From positions 9,357 to 73,356 of the forward strand of contig CAZVLM010000001.1 in the NCBI GenBank assembly GCA_964628065.1: DNA of 64,000 nt, in the 5' to 3' direction. The first letter of the stretch is position 1, and every line of letters starts with the position of its first letter. A program made the translations under genes and the position numbers. The notes beneath the pieces are model-generated. The model was not told the origin of the DNA, ran no database searches, and saw only the letters and a program-made list of their open reading frames with translations. Origin of the DNA: an uncultured Candidatus Saccharibacteria bacterium. Its GTDB lineage: Bacteria > Patescibacteriota > Minisyncoccia > Phycocordibacterales > UBA1006. This document shows positions 57,314 to 64,000 of the stretch, one piece after another.

Positions 57314-57318
57314 TATAT

Positions 57319-57732
57319 ATGTCGATGCATTTCACCAAACAAGAAAAAAACTATCGTCTAGCGAAAAAAGTCTGCTTGGGCATATTCACTGTCGCCCTTG
57401 TAGGGTTTGTCGGCATAAAAATGTACCCTCTCTTCCATGGACCCGATATTCACATCGACACTCTTTCTGATGGGGCTACCCTTAATGAGCCAATGATTCG
57501 TATTTCAGGAAAAGCTCGCTTTACCAAAGACCTTCTTGTAAATGGAACCGTGCTCCCTACTTCACCTGATGGGTCTTTTGATGAGAAACTGATTCTTACT
57601 CCTGGGTACAATATTATTGCGGTTTCTGGTACCGATCGATTCGGAACAAAAAAAGCTACCACTTACTCAGTTGTTCTTCATGAAGAAAAGAACCAAACTT
57701 TTACCATGGCTTCGTATTTAAAGACCAACTAA
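57319..57732 (+). CDS. Hypothetical membrane-anchored protein
   Basis: 137 aa with an N-terminal TM helix, 5 nt downstream of ftsK. Confidence 0.4.
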   Translation: MSMHFTKQEKNYRLAKKVCLGIFTVALVGFVGIKMYPLFHGPDIHIDTLSDGATLNEPMIRISGKARFTKDLLVNGTVLPTSPDGSFDEKLILTPGYNIIAVSGTDRFGTKKATTYSVVLHEEKNQTFTMASYLKTN

Positions 57733-57823
57733 CCTTTATTGTTTCATTATTATTCCTTAGCGGTTTCTTTATCTTCGTTCGCGTATGATGAGATCGTTAT
57801 CAACTTAAATTACCTACAACCTT

Positions 57824-58909
57824 ATGGCAAAGAAAAAACCAGAATCTAAAGATACGAACGACCTAAAAGATACGATTAAGATGATCCAGACCAAGTTCGG
57901 CGAAGGCGCGATTATGAAACTTGGAGAAACTGCTAAAGTAAACGTCGGCAGTATTTCAACAGGATCTATTGGGCTTGATTTCGCACTCGGTGTCGGAGGA
58001 CTTCCTCAGGGACGTATCGTCGAAATCTTTGGTCCTGAATCATCAGGAAAGACAACCCTTACCCTTCATGTTATTGCAGAAGCGCAGAAGAAAGGCGGTA
58101 TTTGCGCATTCATCGATGCTGAACATGCAATGGACCCTGAATACGCGAAGAAGCTTGGCGTAAAAATTGATGAACTCCTTATCTCTCAGCCAGATACTGG
58201 AGAGCAAGCTCTTGAAATTACAGAAACATTGGTTCGGTCTGGAAAGATTGACGTTATTGTCGTTGACTCCGTGGCTGCTCTTACTCCGAAAGATGAAATT
58301 GAAGGAGACATGGGTGCCTACCATGTTGGTAAGCAGGCTCGATTAATGTCACAGGCGCTTCGAAAACTTACCGCAATCGTTGCAAAGTCTAAAACTATTG
58401 TTATCTTCATCAACCAGATCCGAATGCAGATCGGTGTTATGTTTGGAAATCCTGAAACAACTCCAGGAGGAAAAGCCCTTAAGTTCTACACGTCTGTTCG
58501 ATTGGATATTCGAAGTATTGCCAAAATCAAGAAAGGTGAAGACGTAGTAGGTTCTCGAACTCGAGTAAAGGTGGTGAAAAACAAGGTTGCCTCCCCTTTC
58601 AAGCAAACTGAATTTGATATTATGTATAACGAAGGTATTTCTGCTGAAGGAGAACTTCTTGCGCTTGGAGAAAAATTTGAATTAATTGAAAAATCAGGTG
58701 CATCTTACAGCTACACAACGACTGACAAAGCCGGAAAGAAGGAAAAAATCTCTCTTGGTCGAGGTTATGATGCTGCACGAACTTTCTTGAAAGATTCCGC
58801 AAACAAAGAGGTTCGAGCTAAACTACTTAAGGAGATTCTTGAAGTCATGAAATCTGGCGGACTTGCCTTTGCGGGAAAAGAAGAGCCTGACGAAGCTCCT
58901 GAAGAATAA
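57824..58909 (+). CDS. recA: Recombinase RecA
   Basis: ..[30 protein letters not shown]... matches the canonical RecA motifs. Confidence 0.95.
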   Translation: MAKKKPESKDTNDLKDTIKMIQTKFGEGAIMKLGETAKVNVGSISTGSIGLDFALGVGGLPQGRIVEIFGPESSGKTTLTLHVIAEAQKKGGICAFIDAEHAMDPEYAKKLGVKIDELLISQPDTGEQALEITETLVRSGKIDVIVVDSVAALTPKDEIEGDMGAYHVGKQARLMSQALRKLTAIVAKSKTIVIFINQIRMQIGVMFGNPETTPGGKALKFYTSVRLDIRSIAKIKKGEDVVGSRTRVKVVKNKVASPFKQTEFDIMYNEGISAEGELLALGEKFELIEKSGASYSYTTTDKAGKKEKISLGRGYDAARTFLKDSANKEVRAKLLKEILEVMKSGGLAFAGKEEPDEAPEE

Positions 58910-58911
58910 TT

Positions 58912-59133
58912 ATGGACAAATTTTTTAACAATAAAAACGAAACTAAGGGTCAGCCGGCTCCTGCACAGGGTACCCGAGAAGCACCTCCTATTCCAGGCGG
59001 TATTTCAGCCATGCTCGACAGGCTTCCTATTACAAAGCCATCCAAGCTCCAGGAGACCCTCGATAAAGCAGTTGCAGACGGACTGTTGAGTGTGACCGAG
59101 GAACCTGATCAACCTTATATTGACGAGCAATAG
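58912..59133 (+). CDS. Small hypothetical protein downstream of recA
   Basis: 73 aa, located 2 nt after the recA stop. Confidence 0.3.
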   Translation: MDKFFNNKNETKGQPAPAQGTREAPPIPGGISAMLDRLPITKPSKLQETLDKAVADGLLSVTEEPDQPYIDEQ

Positions 59134-59220
59134 GCTGCTTTTAAACCTCTTTGGCTTGATTTTTAGCCTAAAAATGCTACTCTCTACCCACTAATAGATA
59201 ACATTATCCCCTATTTTCCT

Positions 59221-59811
59221 ATGGCAATTATTTCATACAACGAAGCTACTGTCCGAAAGATCATCATGCACGATGGAGAACCTTACGAAGTGCTCGCATC
59301 CCATGTATTCCGAAAGCAGCAACGAAAACCGGTAAATGCAACCAAGCTTAAAAACCTCCTTTCAGGACGTGTTGTTGAGCATTCATTCCAGGTTTCAGAT
59401 AAAATCGACGAGGCCGACATTGGCAAGAAGTTGGTAAAATTTATCTATGAAGCTAAGGGTGAATTCTGGTTTCACCCAGATGGAACTCCTGCCGAGCGAT
59501 TTACTATTGCTGGAGAACTTATCGGAGATAAGAAGCAGTGGATGAAGCCAAACGATGTTTATAATGCCATTGTTTGGACCAACGAAGATGATGAAGAGCA
59601 GATTATCGGCGTGGATCTTCCTGTTAAAATGGACCTTAAGGTTAAGGAAGCGGCTCCCGCAGTTAAAGGAAACACCTCTTCAGGTGCCTCTAAGATCGTT
59701 AAATTGGAGACTGGCGCAGAAGTCACGGTTCCCCTCTTCATCAACGAAGGCGACATCGTACGCATTAACACCGAGACAGGTGAATATGTAGGGCGAGCTG
59801 AGAAGAACTAA
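59221..59811 (+). CDS. efp: Elongation factor P
   Basis: MAIISYNEATVRKIIMHDGEPYEVLASHVFRKQQRKP..TKLKNLLSGRVVEHSF matches the EF-P KOW/OB pattern. Confidence 0.85.
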   Translation: MAIISYNEATVRKIIMHDGEPYEVLASHVFRKQQRKPVNATKLKNLLSGRVVEHSFQVSDKIDEADIGKKLVKFIYEAKGEFWFHPDGTPAERFTIAGELIGDKKQWMKPNDVYNAIVWTNEDDEEQIIGVDLPVKMDLKVKEAAPAVKGNTSSGASKIVKLETGAEVTVPLFINEGDIVRINTETGEYVGRAEKN

Positions 59812-59817
59812 TGAGTT

Positions 59818-59850
59818 AAAAGACCGCATCGAAAGAGGCGGTCTTTTATT
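59818..59850 (+). terminator. Terminator after efp (AAAAGACCGC-ATCGAAAGAG-GCGGTCTTTT)
   Basis: 10-bp stem followed by a T-tract. Confidence 0.6.
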
Positions 59851-59877
59851 TTATCTTTATTTTCTCCTGATCAGTTC

Positions 59878-60342
59878 TTGATGAGCGATTGCTATCCTTT
59901 CTACATGAGATATGAACCACTATCGAGATTCATAGAAAGATACCAAGCAGTCCTTAACAATAAGGATTTCGCGCGCTGGAGCTTACTTAAGGAAAAAATT
60001 CAGACTTCGGAACGCAACATCATTTGCAAACCTGGAATGGTTTGGTGGTGTCTCCTTGGCCTTAATATTGGACATGAACAAGATGGCAAGCAAGCTAGCT
60101 TCGAGCGCCCTGTTTTAATTATTAAAGTTTTTAGCAACGATACATGTCTCTGTATTCCCTTGAGTACATCGAAACAGTCTCATCCATTCTTCTTAAGATT
60201 TAAGTTAAATCAGAAAACCGTATATGCCATTACTTCGCAAATTCGCACACTCAGCATAAAAAGACTCGTGCGAGAAATGAGTACCGCTTCTGAAGAAGAT
60301 CTCAGGCTGATTAAGGACAAAGTCCGCTGGACACTTGATTAA
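59878..60342 (+). CDS. MazF/PemK-family endoribonuclease toxin-like protein with a ~48-aa N-terminal extension. No cognate antitoxin ORF is evident.
   Basis: ..CKPGMVWWCLLGLNIGHEQDGKQASFERPVLIIKVFS...CIPLSTSKQ..YAITSQIRTLSIKRLVREMSTASEEDLRLIKDKV matches the PemK/MazF signature. Confidence 0.5.
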   Translation: MMSDCYPFYMRYEPLSRFIERYQAVLNNKDFARWSLLKEKIQTSERNIICKPGMVWWCLLGLNIGHEQDGKQASFERPVLIIKVFSNDTCLCIPLSTSKQSHPFFLRFKLNQKTVYAITSQIRTLSIKRLVREMSTASEEDLRLIKDKVRWTLD

Positions 60343-60548
60343 ATCCCGCCAGACGAAAACCCAAGAGTTATTACTTGGGCTTTCTCGGCTGGCATGCCTT
60401 TTGCAAGGCTACCTATGGTGAATTAATTGTATCAAAATGAAGATCTCTGTCAAATGACTTAATTTATCATTACTTTATTCTCTAAACAGGAGTATACTTA
60501 TAATGGACACACTGTTCAGTTTACTAACCAATTACTCTAAACTATTTT

Positions 60549-61055
60549 ATGGAAACAAACAACAAGTATCTTGTCCCTGGGATTATTATCGCAGCTCTCG
60601 TTATTGTTATAATTATCATTTTATCCGTACGCGCAAGTAAAAAACCAGAAGTTATTGTAACTCCTGCATCTACCACAACTACACAGACAACGACCACAAC
60701 TCCTTCAACGAATACGGTTCCCGACTCTAAAGTTAACCCTAAAGTAATGGATGCGACGGTTACCAACCAGTCTATTGTCGTAGCATTTCCTACAAAAAGC
60801 TCTATCCTTACCCGAGGTAAAGCATACGACATCAAGTGGAGCGGTGCCGCAGAATGTTATGACGTAAGTTATGCATTAAGCGCAACCAACGCTACATCAA
60901 GCTCTATCGGCAAGTCATGCCAGGACGCTTCAGCAGGTCTCGAGCTTCACTGGACTGTTCCCCTTAACATCAAGCCAGGTAATTACATTATCAGGTTTGC
61001 TGGACAAGGAGCAGGAGCCTCAAGTGGAACAAGTGCTACATTCATCATTAACTAA
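60549..61055 (+). CDS. Secreted Thr-rich protein (hypothetical)
   Basis: N-terminal TM/signal anchor and a TTTTQTTTTTPSTNT linker. Confidence 0.4.
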   Translation: METNNKYLVPGIIIAALVIVIIIILSVRASKKPEVIVTPASTTTTQTTTTTPSTNTVPDSKVNPKVMDATVTNQSIVVAFPTKSSILTRGKAYDIKWSGAAECYDVSYALSATNATSSSIGKSCQDASAGLELHWTVPLNIKPGNYIIRFAGQGAGASSGTSATFIIN

Positions 61056-61061
61056 TGAATT

Positions 61062-61088
61062 AAAAAATCCCCTCTTGGGGATTTTTTA
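61062..61088. terminator. Bidirectional terminator (AAAAAATCCCC-TCTT-GGGGATTTTTT)
   Basis: Perfect hairpin between convergent genes. Confidence 0.6.
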
Positions 61089-61095
61089 ATGGTGA

Positions 61096-61302
61096 CTATG
61101 CTTCGATAAATGGAAGTAATCCCATGAATCGAGCATACTTGATCGCTGTAGAAAGCTTTCGCTGGTTCTTTTTGCAAACACCTGTTCGTTTTGAAGCCAT
61201 GATCTTGCCATTTGGCGTAAGGAACTTTCGAAGAATTTCGATATCCTTGTAGTCAATGTGCTTGATATTGTTTGACTTGAAGTAACACTGCTGTGTAGAC
61301 AT
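61096..61302 (-). CDS. rpsR: 30S ribosomal protein S18
   Basis: ..RKFLTPNGKIMASKRTGVCKKNQRKLSTAIKYARFMGLLPF matches the S18 family. Confidence 0.85.
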   Translation of the reverse strand: MSTQQCYFKSNNIKHIDYKDIEILRKFLTPNGKIMASKRTGVCKKNQRKLSTAIKYARFMGLLPFIEA

Positions 61303-61310
61303 AATTTTAA

Positions 61311-61745
61311 TTAAAACGGAATGTCATTTGGGTTTAGCTCTTCTGTAGGATACTCAATCGTGTCTACTTCAGGAGCCTGTGAAGACTGCTCTGAAGCACC
61401 AGACTGGGCACTAGACCCGCCCTTAGGACCGAACTGGAAATTCTCACCGACAATTTCTGTGCGGTAATTTTTCTTTCCATCTGGACCGTCCCATGATCGG
61501 GTTGAAATACGCCCTTCTACCATCAAACCATTTCCTTTGTGCATCCACTGGGCAATGGTTTCTGCCTGTTTTCCGAAGAAAACGACATTGTGGTAGTCGG
61601 TAGACTCTTGCTTCTTCCCTGACTGGTCTTTCCAGCTTCGGTTGGTAGCGATCGCGAAGTTACAGACTTTGCTTCCTGACGGAAGGGCCTTCAATTCGGG
61701 ATCGCGAGTCAGATTTCCATAGATGATTGCTTTGTTGATATACAT
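61311..61745 (-). CDS. ssb: Single-stranded DNA-binding protein (start at the internal ATG, 61745)
   Basis: MYINKAIIYGNLTRDPELK...HNVVFFGKQAE...DIPF acidic tail. The track start at 61808 adds 21 unsupported residues. Confidence 0.85.
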   Translation of the reverse strand: MYINKAIIYGNLTRDPELKALPSGSKVCNFAIATNRSWKDQSGKKQESTDYHNVVFFGKQAETIAQWMHKGNGLMVEGRISTRSWDGPDGKKNYRTEIVGENFQFGPKGGSSAQSGASEQSSQAPEVDTIEYPTEELNPNDIPF

Positions 61746-61880
61746 ATACTGCTTTAAGTTTAGGCTGTTAACCTCGACGGTTATAAGCCGAGTATAGCAT
61801 ACGTTCAATCCCCGTAAACTATTCCGCTTTGTTTTTATTGATTGTTTATTGATAAGGGCTTTAGGGAATCTTTAGGATCC

Positions 61881-62414
61881 TTAAGCTTCCTTTACCAATT
61901 CCTTGATTTCTTCATCAAGAACTTCATCGAGTTTTTCGACCGGAATTTCTGGTTCAGCTTCTGGAGCTACAGAAACTTCTCCCATTGCTTCCTTGTCATA
62001 CTCCTGGCGTTCTCCCTTAAGGATTTTTCCAAGTGACTTTTTGCCAATAATGGTGTTTTCCCGAACAGCGCTGATCAAAAGGTATCGGATGATAAGTACA
62101 TTACTATCAAGGAATTCCTTAAGAGCGGTCATCTGAGCAGGATTAATTTCGAACTTAACCCATCCGAAGTATCCCTGGTTGAATCGTGTTCGCTTGTTTT
62201 CGATCACTCGTGACATTTCGTACGCGAGGTCGATGAATTCAGGTGCTCCTTCAGAAATGAAAGTTGCGCCTAGTTTTGTAAGAGATTCCTTCATCTCGTC
62301 TACACGAGATGCAAGGTCTTCATCCCGCACGCTTGGTGACATTAGGTAGCCCACTTCATAAATGCGGGGCTCCAGCGTTTCGGTAGAAGCTATTGTTGTT
62401 GCCTTTTTTGCCAT
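61881..62414 (-). CDS. rpsF: 30S ribosomal protein S6 with acidic C-terminal tail
   Basis: ..PRIYEVGYLMSP... matches the S6 fold signature. Conserved rpsF-ssb-rpsR order. Confidence 0.85.
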   Translation of the reverse strand: MAKKATTIASTETLEPRIYEVGYLMSPSVRDEDLASRVDEMKESLTKLGATFISEGAPEFIDLAYEMSRVIENKRTRFNQGYFGWVKFEINPAQMTALKEFLDSNVLIIRYLLISAVRENTIIGKKSLGKILKGERQEYDKEAMGEVSVAPEAEPEIPVEKLDEVLDEEIKELVKEA

Positions 62415-62549
62415 GTTTATAGTTAAAAACTTGGATTAATTTGATAATAAAACAAGGCTTTTAAGCCTTGCTTAACGGGGCAACTATAGCACGACAGGCC
62501 TTAAAAGTCCAGACTCTTCATTACTCGTACTTCTTTCGATTCTATTACA

Positions 62550-62578
62550 AAAATATCCGCTCTTTTGGAGCGGATATT
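62550..62578 (-). terminator. Terminator (AATATCCGCTC-TTTT-GGAGCGGATATT)
   Basis: 11-bp stem with a U-tract on the minus strand, downstream of 62580..63056. Confidence 0.55.
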
Positions 62579-62579
62579 A

Positions 62580-63056
62580 TCACGGACGCCATTTGTCGTT
62601 TTCAAAATGTGTAATAAGGCACGTTTTAGTTCTTTCGATCATTATCTTAGTCATTCTAAACTCATCTGGGCTACAATCTATATTATCTAAATATTGAGTG
62701 AAAGCGTTCATTACAAGCTTAAAATCTTCGTCTTTTTCAGACTCTTTAATCGCAAGGAGAAGTGCATCGCGTATTAATTTGAAGCAGTTCTTTGACTCTT
62801 CTGAAAGATCGATAAATTCTTCGGAATCCATGTCACACAACTGGTCAAGTTTCTTTTGCAAGAAGAGAAGACAACCGTCTTCAAGTGCCAGGATTGTCAT
62901 ATTGTTTATTTTGCCACTATTTGGAAATTTACATAAAAGAATATTTTCTATTACTTCATCCAAAAGAACGTTCGCCCAATAATAGCTATCTTCTATGGAT
63001 TTCTCCATTTCTAATGCAAGTCTTTCCAAGTACTTACCAATCTTTTTTCTATCCAT
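62580..63056 (-). CDS. Hypothetical protein
   Basis: 158-aa helical ORF. Confidence 0.35.
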   Translation of the reverse strand: MDRKKIGKYLERLALEMEKSIEDSYYWANVLLDEVIENILLCKFPNSGKINNMTILALEDGCLLFLQKKLDQLCDMDSEEFIDLSEESKNCFKLIRDALLLAIKESEKDEDFKLVMNAFTQYLDNIDCSPDEFRMTKIMIERTKTCLITHFENDKWRP

Positions 63057-63121
63057 GTTTTTTTATTTTTTATTTCATAAGTTAATATAAAATAAGAAAC
63101 TCTATAAGTCAAATTATCAAC

Positions 63122-63931
63122 TTAAACACTTAGATTAAAGAATTTTTGTGTATTTTTAAGGAGTTGCTGGCGCACATCTTCCTCATCCATATTTTTAAGT
63201 TCCGCAACCTTCTTCGCAACTTCTATCACCATCCATGGCTCGCACGGTTTTCCTCGATACGGTGCAGGCGCTGCAAATGGCGCATCTGTTTCTATCATGA
63301 GTGATTCAAGTGGTACTGCCTTTATCATTTCGTCATAATCTCGTGAAAAAGTAATCGGTCCATCAACGGAAACAGTAAAACCTGCGGAAACAATTGCTTC
63401 CATACATTCTTTTGATCCTGAGAAGAAATGGAAATTGGCACGCAGTGGTGCGGAATCCTCCTCTTGCCAAGAGGAGGTGCCGAGGCTCTGCGAGGCGGAG
63501 GAGTTTTCAAGAATTTTTAATGCATCATAATACGCATTATCACTCCCCTTCGATGCGCGCACATGAAGCATCAGTGGCTTGTTTACTTTCTTTGCGAGGG
63601 TAATATGCTTCTTAAAAATATCTTCTTGAATCTTTCGAGATTCGGGAGTGTCTTCATGAAAATAGTCGAGTCCGGTTTCGCCAATGGCGACTACTTTAGG
63701 ATTGAGGGCAAGTTTTTCTAGTTCACTCCAGCCACCATCCTCACCCGGTTCGCTGCGCGAACCACCCTCTCCACTATCGTGGAGAGGGTTACTGCAATAG
63801 CATGGATGGATTCCCACTGTTGCCCAGCAGGTGTCAGGATACGCCTCAGCGATCTCAACCGCTGTTTTGGAGGTCTCAAGCCCTGTTCCAACCGTGATCG
63901 TCGCCACACCCAAATCTTTCATTTTAGCCAC
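63122..63931 (-). CDS. TatD-family metal-dependent hydrolase carrying two in-frame GC-rich palindromic insertions
   Basis: ..TVGIHPCY...VVAIGETGLDY...LMLHVRAS...FHFFSGS...IETDAPF.. are TatD motifs. Extra segments SNPLHDSGEGGSRSEPGEDGGW and NSSASQSLGTSSWQEEDSAPLRA are encoded by the elements at 63737..63790 and 63448..63505. Confidence 0.8.
   Translation of the reverse strand: MAKMKDLGVATITVGTGLETSKTAVEIAEAYPDTCWATVGIHPCYCSNPLHDSGEGGSRSEPGEDGGWSELEKLALNPKVVAIGETGLDYFHEDTPESRKIQEDIFKKHITLAKKVNKPLMLHVRASKGSDNAYYDALKILENSSASQSLGTSSWQEEDSAPLRANFHFFSGSKECMEAIVSAGFTVSVDGPITFSRDYDEMIKAVPLESLMIETDAPFAAPAPYRGKPCEPWMVIEVAKKVAELKNMDEEDVRQQLLKNTQKFFNLSV
63448..63505. repeat. GC-rich palindromic mini-element (copy I1), in frame inside TatD
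   Basis: CCTCCTCTTG-CCAAGAGGAGG hairpin plus GCCGAGGCTCTGCGAGGCGGAGG. Confidence 0.6.
63737..63790. repeat. GC-rich palindromic mini-element (copy I2), in frame inside TatD
   Basis: CCTCACCC GGTTCGC-TGC-GCGAACC A CCCTCTCC-ACTATCGT-GGAGAGGG. Confidence 0.6.
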
Positions 63932-64000
63932 AATAGCCTCCTTATTTTCAGAAAGTGGTGAGAGGTTTAGGTGGGAGTGAATATCGAAATACTTGATAGT

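Noticed and set aside
57733-57823. LexA/SOS box upstream of recA
   Set aside because: No convincing CGAACRNRYGTTYC or CTGT-N8-ACAG palindrome. Only a weak GTTCGCGTATGATGAGATCGTTATC segment.

Overview
The window reads as an AT-rich, gene-dense bacterial chromosome segment with short intergenic spacers, most genes on the minus strand, and standard genetic code (long ORFs read through UGA). By inference it looks like a streamlined, CPR/Parcubacteria-like genome: the rRNA operon is 23S-5S only with no 16S in the window, the 23S carries an intron, and many small membrane-anchored hypothetical proteins are present. Housekeeping genes recognisable from the translated ORFs are listed below.

- **Pentose-phosphate cluster:** a transketolase N-terminal fragment at the window edge, rpe, a SemiSWEET-like transporter, and rpiB.
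- **Core metabolism and RNA:** a NUDIX hydrolase, a DEAD-box helicase with an RGG tail, GAPDH, and an RRM/RGG RNA-binding protein.
- **DNA repair and replication:** a UvrD-like helicase fused to a Cas4/AddB-like Fe-S nuclease, a MutY/Nth-like HhH-GPD glycosylase, FtsK, RecA, and the rpsF-ssb-rpsR cluster.
- **Envelope and secretion:** HtpX, LemA, SecD/SecF, UppP, a PAP2 phosphatase, and an FtsW/RodA-type protein.
- **Translation and other:** ribosomal proteins L10 and L7/L12, EF-P, an ArsR-type regulator, a MazF/PemK-like toxin, and TatD.
- **rRNA:** a 23S-5S operon on the minus strand. The 23S contains a ~393-nt ORF-less insertion exactly at the I-CreI-type (L2593) homing site, which I call a probable group I intron.
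- **Surface-glycan locus (38.5-51.1 kb):** an 11-gene region with a priming sugar transferase, a Wzx-like flippase, GT1/GT2 glycosyltransferases, a SAM-dependent methyltransferase, and Wzy/O-antigen-ligase-like proteins.
- **Surface proteins:** a codon-biased S-layer-like protein with a long 5' UTR, a tandem pair of NHL-repeat/CARDB proteins whose ends are near-identical at the DNA level, and a collagen-like (G-X-Y) protein with a paralog.

The most striking signal is a modular family of GC-rich palindromic mini-elements. Their cores are CCCTCTC-N4-6-GAGAGGG, CCCCGCCTT...AAGGCGGGG and GCTCGGCGAAGCCGGCGGGG. They are scattered through this AT-rich DNA in intergenic positions, flanking a DUF559 remnant and the S-layer-like gene. 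Copies also sit in frame inside the MutY-like, FtsK and TatD coding sequences, much like Rickettsia palindromic elements.

A second notable feature is an iteron-like array of ATGTCGTTTTG(AT) repeats, in total nine copies including three perfect tandem 11-mers. It lies inside and just upstream of a winged-HTH gene immediately upstream of, and divergent from, ftsK.
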